This document shows, one piece after another, positions 12,450 to 20,623 of a DNA stretch of 64,000 bases. The first letter of the stretch is position 1, and every line of letters begins with the position of its first letter. A model generated the notes under the pieces. The model searched no databases. It was not told the origin of the DNA and was given only the letters and a program-made list of their open reading frames with translations. The DNA lies in contig CAXWPJ010000012.1 in assembly GCA_963664115.2 (NCBI GenBank), positions 1 to 64,000 on the forward strand, given 5' to 3'. The stretch is from Terriglobia bacterium. GTDB taxonomy: Bacteria; Acidobacteriota; Terriglobia; 20CM-2-55-15. The translations under genes were made by a program, and so were the position numbers.

Positions 12450-12977
12450 TTAGGGTATTTCGTACGAAATGCTCTGACGGGCTACACGCGTGGGATCATT
12501 TGTCGAATCCACATAAGTAGTGCCTGAAAGACCTACACCCGATATTTGAACTACGACTCCCTCTCCTCTCGTCATTGCAAAGTGATCCGATCCTGGCGGC
12601 TCGGTGTAGACGCTACCAGCTGGCAACTCCTTGAGGAGAGCCTCGTCAAACTCCTTCCCGTAGCCAAAAAACCACGTACCCGATACCACCGTGGCTATAC
12701 GGTCATCAGGATGCGAGTGAGCGTCGATTCTCGTATTGGGAGGAAGGCGAAGAAGCATGGTGTAGAGACCCGCTTCGGAAGGGTCACCGTGCAGAATGAC
12801 CGATTCGATTCCTGTCACGAGCGAGGTGCCCACGAGCGACGATCGGCCAGACGGCCACTGGACCTCGCTGGGCGTAATTCTTTTCTCAGCGTCTTGGGCT
12901 ACAACGTCCACACTGCCGATCAGAACAATCGAGACTGTCAACGCGGCCAGAACCGGCGTTCGCCAGAAAACGTGCAT
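12450..12977 (-). CDS. Secreted cupin-domain protein
   Basis: Signal peptide; HSHP...VVSG...PPGSDHF cupin motifs; last codons run into the IS3 end. Confidence 0.8.
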   Translation of the reverse strand: MHVFWRTPVLAALTVSIVLIGSVDVVAQDAEKRITPSEVQWPSGRSSLVGTSLVTGIESVILHGDPSEAGLYTMLLRLPPNTRIDAHSHPDDRIATVVSGTWFFGYGKEFDEALLKELPAGSVYTEPPGSDHFAMTRGEGVVVQISGVGLSGTTYVDSTNDPTRVARQSISYEIP

Positions 12978-13251
12978 TGCGTGACCCTCCCAAAACTCAA
13001 CGGCCCTACAGATTTGCCTGATCGCTCTTTAAGGGCCATCAAGAGTTGTAGAGATGGTATAGAACTACGGGATTAGGGTCAAAGGATGCGGTGCCCCAGG
13101 CTCCACCAGAGTCGTCTCACTGATCTCCATGAGGCAATGCGAACACTTCGGTGGGACGACATCGTGTGGCCACCGAGGCAATCGAGTCAGTGATCAAAAT
13201 CTATCATTTACCATCGAGTCACCTACCCGAGCCACACCCGCGGCAACCGAG

Positions 13252-14802
13252 TCACGCACCTCGCCTGACTCGATACCAACTCGCCCCACCGCCTCGATTG
13301 CATGTTGTTGATTTTAGGGGATGACTCGACGGACTCGGATGTTTCTGGGCTAGGAGCCCGTCCAAGTAATCAGTTTTTGAACTACCTGGAACTGCCGGGC
13401 GAGTTGTTCCGCCGAATAGGCCCGACACCTCGGGTTGATCTGGCCCGGTTACCGTGGAATCTGGAGATCGGATCGACGCGCCGGGCCCGAACGACACGGT
13501 GGCCGCCGCCAGCTTCAGGATATTGTGGGCCGTGCAGAGCAAGCTCCACTCGCCGGCGACCTGGGCTTGGCCTCGAAGAAGAAACTGTCGGAATCCTCGG
13601 GCCTGTTTGATCTGGCCAAAGACGGGCTCGACCGTCTGTTTCCTCAATCGATAGCGGGAGCGATGCCCGCCTTGTCTCAGTCGCTTGTACATCTCCCGTC
13701 CCCACGGCTGAAGTTTTCGCGCTGCCGTCCCTGGTGAAGCGTTTCCATGTTTGAGTTTGCCCGGTGCCACGTAGCCGCGGATTTGTCGGTACGATAGTTC
13801 TTTCAGATTGGCTTCGGAGAAGTACCCGGCATCGGCCGATAGTTCCTGTGCCTGTCGACCGTTGTTGTCATGGATCTGTTCGAGAATCGGAATCAACTCC
13901 TGCACGTCGCTGGCTTTGTTGGTCACTGTCTCGGCGACGATCACCTGGCTGTCTGAATCGACTGCCGCCTTTCCGTTGTAGGCCTGAGCGTATCCATCAT
14001 GTCCCTTCATGATCCGACTCTCCGGATCGGTGAAGTTCTTCTGTGACTTATCCGGTGGCTTTCCCAGCGGGGTCTTGGGTTTCCGTCCACCTCGGTACTT
14101 GGGTGGTGGTTTCCGTTCCTCTTCGGCCGCGGCTTCGGCTTCCAGTTCCGCTTTGGCCTGCCGGATCTTCTCTAAACGCTTCTGCTTGTTGGCCACCCAC
14201 TCGGGTAACTCATCCCCTCGCCGATCGGCTCCGTATTGCTCGTCTTCCGACCGATCGATCGCTTCGGCCTTCTCGAACCACTGGTCGACTTGCTGCGCCA
14301 ACTCCCGTTCGGCCTTTTTCATCCGTCCGTAGCTCATCGCCTTGTGTCGGGATGCATTGGCCCGCATCTTGGTCCCATCCAGCGCCACGTGTCCCATCCG
14401 CGCCATCCCTGCTTTCCGGCACAGCCGCAGCACCTGTCCGAACAACCCCCGTAGCGCTTCCAGATGCCTCTTCCGAAAGTTGTTCACTGTCCGAAAGTCC
14501 GGCGCGTCCATTCCCGCGATCGCCATGAAATCCACTCGCTCGATACACGCTCGGGCGATTCGTCGTGACGAATAAATCCCCCGACAGTAGCTATACAGCA
14601 CCAGCGCCGTCATCATTGCCGGATTGTAAGGCGGGTAGCCCCGTTCTTCCTGGTAGCTATTTTCGATCTCGCTCAGATCCAGTTCTTCCACCACCATGTT
14701 GCGTACAAAGTGCGCCACGTGCCCTTCCGGCACCAGATCCTTTACGTTTGGCGGAAACAGCACGCTTTGATTCACGTCCCATTCTCGAAAGGTTTTTGCC
14801 AT
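13252..14802 (-). CDS. IS1182-family transposase
   Basis: GYPPYNP, ALDGTKMRANAS, ADAGY, RKQTVEPVFGQIK; ORF runs past the right IR. Confidence 0.88.
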   Translation of the reverse strand: MAKTFREWDVNQSVLFPPNVKDLVPEGHVAHFVRNMVVEELDLSEIENSYQEERGYPPYNPAMMTALVLYSYCRGIYSSRRIARACIERVDFMAIAGMDAPDFRTVNNFRKRHLEALRGLFGQVLRLCRKAGMARMGHVALDGTKMRANASRHKAMSYGRMKKAERELAQQVDQWFEKAEAIDRSEDEQYGADRRGDELPEWVANKQKRLEKIRQAKAELEAEAAAEEERKPPPKYRGGRKPKTPLGKPPDKSQKNFTDPESRIMKGHDGYAQAYNGKAAVDSDSQVIVAETVTNKASDVQELIPILEQIHDNNGRQAQELSADAGYFSEANLKELSYRQIRGYVAPGKLKHGNASPGTAARKLQPWGREMYKRLRQGGHRSRYRLRKQTVEPVFGQIKQARGFRQFLLRGQAQVAGEWSLLCTAHNILKLAAATVSFGPGASIRSPDSTVTGPDQPEVSGLFGGTTRPAVPGSSKTDYLDGLLAQKHPSPSSHPLKSTTCNRGGGASWYRVRRGA

Positions 14803-14868
14803 GCACCTGCCTTCCCCCAACTCCCGGTCGGGGGCGGTCCAGCTTAAGGCGATTACTTGGACAGGCTC
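13354..14868 (-). mobile_element. IS1182-family element
   Basis: IRs GAGCCCGTCCAAGTAATC / GATTACTTGGACAGGCTC, flanked by CTAG on both sides. Confidence 0.85.
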
Positions 14869-14872
14869 CTAG

Positions 14873-16340
14873 TACTACTGTGTTACAAACGAAGCGGCCC
14901 ACAGAGCGGACAGCACGGGAGCTGCTGGATGAGGAATCGTGCGATGCGAACGCGAAGTGAGGCGATCGAGCACGGATTATGTCGCTCGGGCCGGATCCGG
15001 GGCTCCGCGGGGTTTGAAGTGTCTGGGGAGTTGGGGGACGGATAGTCCAACATGCGTGACAAATGCAGAGGGGGAAAAACGGTTCCGCTCAGCGACCAGG
15101 AACCCATAAGCTGCGATGCATAAAGCGCCATGGTGGTGAAATCCACGCCAGCCGCGACCTTCGTAATGGCCCAGTCCGAGTTCCTGCTTGAGTTCCTGAT
15201 AGTCGCGTTCGATGATCCAGCGATGCTTGGCCCGATAGACCAGATTTGAAAGAGAGGTATTGGTCCCGAGACTGGAGAGCCAGTATTGAACCGGTTCGGA
15301 TTCGGTCTTGGGCCATTCGATCAACAACCATTCTTCCGGATGGGGCTCGTGGCGCTCATGATCGCGATGAGCCGTGCGAATCCGGATTGCGGCGAAGCGG
15401 GAGCGCAACGTGTCGGCCGTGCCTTCGCGCCAGGACACGTTCTTCCATTTTTGTCGAGGCAAGGAGAGAGCCAGTTGTTTGACCGAAACAGGACGATGCT
15501 TCTTGTGACGCCTCAACAGCGTCGGCGGGCGCCCCTGGCCGGTCCACGACTTCTTGGGCAGGGGTTGCCGACCGGGCTCCCAGACCGAGGTCGAGGATTG
15601 GATGCCAACCACATAAGGCAGCCCCAGTGCGGTAATCGTCGCGCGAAACTTACTGTCGTTGCCGTAGGCGGCATCGGCCAACACGGGAGCCGTCCCCACA
15701 CCGTCCGCAATCGCCTGTCGGATTTGGTCCAGAGCAATCGCAATCTTGGTCTGGAATCCAACCGCGTCGGGGACACCGGTCTTCTTGCGGCGTTCGGCAT
15801 CGTTCGCCCAAAGCTTCGGCAGGTACAGCCGCCATGCCACGGGCAGACTCGATTTCGCCGTCGCTACCGACAGACTGACCGCCACCCGGCAGTTCTCCTG
15901 CTTGCCGACCTGTCCACAGTATTGCCGGGCCACACCTACCGAGTGGGTCCCCTTCTTCACGAATCCGGTGTCGTCGACAATCCACGATTCAATCGGACCG
16001 TGCGCTTCCATCCCCGGCAACGTCGACTCCCGGACTTGTCGCAATATGGCCGCATCCTCCCAGGGGGCATCCGCCACCAGGTGATGCAGCGACTGATGCA
16101 TTTGGCGCACATTATCCGGAGCCAATCGCGCCGCCATCGGTTCCACGCTCTTGCGCTTGATTGGCAGCAGCAATCCCTTGCAGTACCACTTCAGCGGTTC
16201 ATGACGGTCGGCGTGTCCGGCGGCCGACGCCAGGCGTTCCATATAGGCCGCAAAACGTTCTTCCTGAGTGCCTGGCGCCTTCGTTTTGGCGCTCATGTGC
16301 CAATGCTAACACAAGCTCGTCATTTTGTAACACAGTAGTA
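14873..16340 (-). mobile_element. IS701-family element
   Basis: Perfect IRs TACTACTGTGTTACAAA; CTAG at 14869-14872 and 16341-16344. Confidence 0.88.
14977..16296 (-). CDS. IS701-family transposase
   Basis: IVDDTGFVKKG.HSVGVARQYCG, LADAAYG, RWIIERDYQELK. Confidence 0.92.
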   Translation of the reverse strand: MSAKTKAPGTQEERFAAYMERLASAAGHADRHEPLKWYCKGLLLPIKRKSVEPMAARLAPDNVRQMHQSLHHLVADAPWEDAAILRQVRESTLPGMEAHGPIESWIVDDTGFVKKGTHSVGVARQYCGQVGKQENCRVAVSLSVATAKSSLPVAWRLYLPKLWANDAERRKKTGVPDAVGFQTKIAIALDQIRQAIADGVGTAPVLADAAYGNDSKFRATITALGLPYVVGIQSSTSVWEPGRQPLPKKSWTGQGRPPTLLRRHKKHRPVSVKQLALSLPRQKWKNVSWREGTADTLRSRFAAIRIRTAHRDHERHEPHPEEWLLIEWPKTESEPVQYWLSSLGTNTSLSNLVYRAKHRWIIERDYQELKQELGLGHYEGRGWRGFHHHGALCIAAYGFLVAERNRFSPSAFVTHVGLSVPQLPRHFKPRGAPDPARAT

Positions 16341-16351
16341 CTAGCTGCGAT

Positions 16352-17062
16352 TTCTCAATGTCCGGTCGAGTAGACCCGGGGAATTTCACCCCGAGTCCCC
16401 CACAGAACCGTGCTTGAACCTCTCGATTCACACGGCTCTTGCCAGCCGTTCGCCGACCACCGGTGGGGGGCCGACACCCGATGAATCCGGCTCCTCCCGC
16501 TTGCGCGGTTGGCCAGTTCCAAAGAGCGAGCTGGCTCATCCCCTTCGCTCCCCTCCCATTACAAGAGGTTCATCACTACTACAGGATGATCCGCCCCTGA
16601 ACTCCGCATCCGTACTCTCGCCCTCGTGGTTCTGGCCACTTGTGGCTTCTCCGTTAGCATCGAAGTTCAGGTTCCCACGTTCCGCTCAACCGCCTCTTGG
16701 TAAGCTCAGGCCACCTCTCATGCCGGAGGCCACTCCGCCCGTAAACAGGTTCCGTCGGAGCTCGTCCCGCAGTATCTTCTCCCTGCGGTTTTGGCCATCG
16801 TCTTTAAATTTTTGACACTTCAACAGTGGTTCCCTTTCGGTCCTCTTCTTACCAGTCACCTGACCCAGTCATCGCCGGGCCTTTTCCTTCTGCGCTCACG
16901 ACCATGGCTTTTGACCACAGCCGCCAGAGGTGGTTTGAAACCGACGCCTGTACGCCGGCTCCGAGGGGCCCTCCCTCATCAGTTGAGTAGTTACGCACTC
17001 GATGACCTTGCGGCCCCCGAGCACTCGTGGCACACAGAAGATGATTTGTCAGGACTTGACCT
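16352..17062 (-). repeat. dif-like site S2, interrupted by group II intron
   Basis: TTCTCAATGTCCG|intron|AGAA-GATGAT-TTGTCAGGACTTGACCT on + strand. Confidence 0.8.
16365..17035 (-). ncRNA. ORF-less group II intron, copy 1 (671 nt)
   Basis: 5' GTGTG; domain V GAGCCGTGTGAATCGAGAGGTTCAAGCACGGTTC with CCG/CGT triad region; domain VI ending CTACTCGAC; no RT ORF. Confidence 0.88.
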
Positions 17063-17068
17063 TCGAAA

Positions 17069-17385
17069 TCAGGGCACCGGCACCCGTTCCTTCAGCTCCT
17101 CGGTCCAGTTCAGGACGACGTTGATTTGGGGGAGGGCTGCTCCGGCAGTACCCGTACCATCTAAGGGGAGCGCGACGAGAAGTCGTTGGTCGTCGGGGGG
17201 TAACGGCGTAGTTTCTATACGCCCCTTGCACATAGAACCCCTGGATCGGGAGCGGACGCTCGGTTCCAAATGCAAACGGACCATCGGTTGTAATATCAAC
17301 AGCCGCCAACTGCCCATTGGGTTTCAAGAAGAATAGTTCATCCCCATCGGCTGACCACTGAGGATCTTGTCCTTCCTCCTGGTTG
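17069..17385 (-). pseudogene. 3' remnant of kinase-TolB gene (frameshifted)
   Basis: PQWSADGDELFF...YAVTP / DDQRLLVA...INVVLNWTEELKERVPVP* in two frames. Confidence 0.75.
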
Positions 17386-17571
17386 CTAAGTGATTTTTGT
17401 ACCTTCAACTTGTAAGGCGGCGACCAGCACCAACAGCGAACAAAAAAATTTCAAAAAAAGAGCAAGTAGGTGTAGTTTTTCAGGTTTAGGGTCATGATCA
17501 ATACGGACCGAGAAGCTGTCGACTCCCGGCGATGCCTGCGATTGCTAGAGCTGACCGAACAGGGGGAATAG

Positions 17572-18621
17572 ATGTCGGAGCCCAAGCCTGGCGAGGTCAC
17601 CGCATTGCTCGAGGCCTCGAACAACGGCGAGCAGCAGGCTCTGGACGAGCTAGCCCCGCTGATGCGGATAAGTAAAACAAGCGGGGTTCCGAGTGCCGGG
17701 GGGTGGCAAGACGCAGAAGACCATGGGCGATCTCGGCGTGGCGAGAGCTTGAGAGCCAGCCTCGTTACGATTGCGCTCCTAGCTCCGTTTGGGGGCCTTT
17801 CAGCCCAGACGCCGGAACAGCCATCGGCAGATCCGATCGCGATCGACGTCATGACGTTCAACATCCGGACGTCGCTGGGCCGCGACGGTGAAAACGTATG
17901 GCCGAACCGCAAAGAGCTGGTGGCGGAGACGATCGAGCGCTTCGACCCGGACATCGTGGGGCTACAAGAGGCGCTGTCAGAGCAGATCGATTTCCTCGAG
18001 ACCGAGCTACCGCAGTACCGCTGGGTGGGGGTCGACCGCGGGCTGAATGGCGGTATCGGATTGAGCGAAGCCACGCCCATCTTCTACAGATACGAGGAGC
18101 TCGTCCCCATCGAGTCGGGCACGTTCTGGCTGTCGGACGACCTCGGTCCTCCGTCTCGCCGTCGTCGAGTCTCGCGGATCGTCACCTGGGCACGCTTCCA
18201 TCATTTGGCGACCCGCCAACAGATCTACGCGTTCAACACCCACTTCACCCTACGTCGCGGTCAGCGGCAGGTCGAGTCGGCAGAGCGCATCAACGAGCGT
18301 GTCGCCGCACTACCACCCGGAAGCTCGGTGATCGTCATGGGGGACTTCAACGCCGTCGCCGAGTCGAGCAGGACGTGGGAGGTCGCGACGAGCCAGGGTC
18401 TGCGCGACGCGTGGCTGATCGCTGGAGAGCGGCGTGGTCCGCCCCTGACGTCGAACGGCTTCGGTCCCCCGCCCGAGGGAAGGGAAGGTCGGATCGATTG
18501 GGTGCTCGTGAGCGACCCGATCGAGGTGCTTGCCGTCGCCACGATCGTGCACAGCGCCGACGGTCGGTACCCATCGGACCACTATCCCGTGCTGGCAAAG
18601 CTCCTCGTTCCGCCGGGCTGA
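17572..18621 (+). CDS. Endonuclease/exonuclease/phosphatase-family protein (true start probably ~17749)
   Basis: MTFNIR, GLQE, NTHF, GDFNA, RIDWV, SDHYPV motifs; signal-like segment at LRASLVTIALL. Confidence 0.85.
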   Translation: MSEPKPGEVTALLEASNNGEQQALDELAPLMRISKTSGVPSAGGWQDAEDHGRSRRGESLRASLVTIALLAPFGGLSAQTPEQPSADPIAIDVMTFNIRTSLGRDGENVWPNRKELVAETIERFDPDIVGLQEALSEQIDFLETELPQYRWVGVDRGLNGGIGLSEATPIFYRYEELVPIESGTFWLSDDLGPPSRRRRVSRIVTWARFHHLATRQQIYAFNTHFTLRRGQRQVESAERINERVAALPPGSSVIVMGDFNAVAESSRTWEVATSQGLRDAWLIAGERRGPPLTSNGFGPPPEGREGRIDWVLVSDPIEVLAVATIVHSADGRYPSDHYPVLAKLLVPPG

Positions 18622-18906
18622 GCGGCCCGCTCGCCCCGCCATCTGGACGCGATCGCTCCCGCTGGCCGCTGGGGGAACGTCGTCTTGCGGTGCCGTTGGC
18701 CCTTAGAGGCCGTTTTCCCAACGGTTGGCTCCCCGCGCGCAAATTTCCATCATGGCCCGGAACAATACCGTTCCAATTTTGAGGCCGAAGATACGGGTGC
18801 AGTCGACTAGCTACTCACCTTGCAACCTCTAGTCAGTCCTGCTGAATATATTTGCCGGAGAAAGCAGACAGGAGAGTTACGCCTACTTGACAGAGGAGTC
18901 CAGATA

Positions 18907-18926
18907 CAGGACTTGAGAATGGATAT
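18907..18926 (-). repeat. Half/degenerate dif-like site
   Basis: CAGGACTTGAGAATGGATAT matches the arm and flank at 36562-36581. Confidence 0.5.
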
Positions 18927-18989
18927 TAGGGGTAGAGAAGAACGGACGGCCTCCTTCGTGGCACGTGAGGCCGAGACAGACCGAATCTC

Positions 18990-19006
18990 CTTAACTTGAT
19001 AGTGCC
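18990..19006 (-). mobile_element. Isolated IS6-like terminal repeat
   Basis: CTTAACTTGATAGTGCC vs GGCACTGTCAAGTTAAG at 38736. Confidence 0.55.
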
Positions 19007-19152
19007 CGTCCTCCCGATGACAAAAACTTAAGCAAATCTTCAGTCAACAAGCCTTCGACGTCCCACTACAATCTTTCCCGTAAAACACGGAAGAGTTCAA
19101 TCATCGTGCCGGCTCTGCCTTATTCAGGCTTGGCAATAATGAGGAGAATGAT

Positions 19153-19332
19153 TTGGCTGAGGACCTGTTGGAGCTGCAAGAAGCTGTGGAACTGCTAAAG
19201 AAAAGGGGTCATGCGGTCGGTCAGTCATTCCATAACAATGAGGGAATACTGTACGTCGAAATTGACGGTAAGGAATTACCAGCGTTAGATGTAATCCGGC
19301 TTTCACAGAAACCGCCGCGTACACGAGAATAG
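19153..19332 (+). CDS. Small hypothetical protein (59 aa), not in ORF track
   Basis: GAGGAG at 19141, TTG start, MAEDLLELQEAVELLKKRGH...RTRE*. Confidence 0.5.
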   Translation: MAEDLLELQEAVELLKKRGHAVGQSFHNNEGILYVEIDGKELPALDVIRLSQKPPRTRE

Positions 19333-19474
19333 GACTACAGCCCGCTGAGGCTCGAGAAATCACTCCTACCTTCCCACCAACGTCTTCTCCTCAACCTCCC
19401 GAAAGCACTTCGGGCGCTTCGCGGGCTCCGGGGGCAGGCCACGTCGAATTAATAGCAGGGTTCAGGTATTACAG

Positions 19475-20199
19475 TTCTCAACGTCCGGTCGAGTAGACCC
19501 GGGGAATTTCACCCCGAGTCCCTCACAGAACCGTGCTTGAACCTCTCGATTCACACGGCTCTTGCCAGCCGTTCGCCGACCACCTCACGGTGGGGGGCCG
19601 ACACCCGATGAATCCGGCTCCTCCCGCTTGCGCGGTTGGCCAGTTCCAAAGAGCGAGCTGGCTCATCCCCTTCGCTCCCCTCCCATTACAAGAGGTTCAT
19701 CACTACTACAGGATGATCCGCCCCTGAACTCCGCATCCGTACTCTCGCCCTCGTGGTTCTGGCCACTTGTGGCTTCTCCGTTAGCATCGAAGTTCAGGTT
19801 CCCACGTTCCGCTCAACCGCCTCTTGGTAAGCTCAGGCCACCTCTCATGCCGGAGGCCACTCCGCCCGTAAACAGGTTCCGTCGGAGCTCGTCCCGCAGT
19901 ATCTTCTCCCTGCGGTTTTGGCCATCGTCTTTAAATTTTCGACACTTCAACAGTGGTTCCCTTTCGGTCCTCTTCTTACCAGTCACCTGACCCAGTCATC
20001 GCCGGGCCTTTTCGGGCCTTTTCCTTCTGCGCTCACGACCATGGCTTTTGACCACAGCCGCCAGAGGTGGTTTGAAACCGACGCCTGTACGCCGGCTCCG
20101 AGGGGCCCTCCCTCATCAGTTGAGTAGTTACGCACTCGATGACCTTGCGGCCCCCGAGCACTCGTGGCACACAGAAGATGATTTATCAGGACTTGACGA
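19475..20199 (-). repeat. dif-like site S3, interrupted by group II intron
   Basis: TTCTCAACGTCCG|intron|AGAA-GATGAT-TTATCAGGACTTGACGA. Confidence 0.8.
19488..20172 (-). ncRNA. ORF-less group II intron, copy 2 (685 nt)
   Basis: Near-identical to copy 1 apart from a 4-nt and a 10-nt insertion and a few substitutions. Confidence 0.88.
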
Positions 20200-20290
20200 T
20201 CACTGAACCTCAGCGGCCGACTGCTCACTCAACCTTTGTGCGTAGTTGAGATGTCTGCGAACATAGCCTGTATTAACGGGAGAATCAGAC

Positions 20291-20545
20291 ATGAGTATTG
20301 ATCCTGTTCCCAAGATGTCCCCTCTGTGCCAATCCTTAACGAGAGACGGTCACACAGTGCAGATTGAAATCTTTCAAGGTGATTCCGGTAAGTGGATTCT
20401 CGAAGTCGTCGATCAGGTGGGCAATTCTACGGTCTGGGACGATCAGTTCGACACCGATCAACAGGCGTTGGATGAATTGCACAGGACGGTCGTGGAGGAA
20501 GGCATCGAATCTCTCATTGGTCTACCTTCGGATCGCGTACATTAG
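20291..20545 (+). CDS. Small acidic hypothetical protein between two dif-like sites
   Basis: 84 aa, GGAG RBS; WILEVVD.GNSTVWDDQF. Confidence 0.7.
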   Translation: MSIDPVPKMSPLCQSLTRDGHTVQIEIFQGDSGKWILEVVDQVGNSTVWDDQFDTDQQALDELHRTVVEEGIESLIGLPSDRVH

Positions 20546-20577
20546 GCTCTGGAGCGAGGTAAATCCACACAACCCGA

Positions 20578-20617
20578 TTCTCACGGTCCGCGAAGATGAT
20601 TTATCAGGACTTGACCT
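20578..20617 (-). repeat. dif-like site S4 (intact)
   Basis: TTCTCACGGTCCGCGAA-GATGAT-TTATCAGGACTTGACCT. Confidence 0.8.
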
Positions 20618-20623
20618 TGAAAA

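Larger units (their letters stand above)
10997..12486 (-). mobile_element. IS3-family element
   Basis: Ends TGTACGTCGTCAGA / TGTAGCCCGTCAGA (TG...CA); overlapping orfA/orfB with A7C slippery run at ~12072-12080. Confidence 0.85.

Noticed and set aside
13252-13353. C-terminal extension of the IS1182 transposase as a functional domain
   Set aside because: Low-complexity read-through past the IR into flanking DNA
16414-19990. ORFs within the intron copies as intron-encoded proteins
   Set aside because: Antisense to the ribozyme, short, and without RT or maturase motifs
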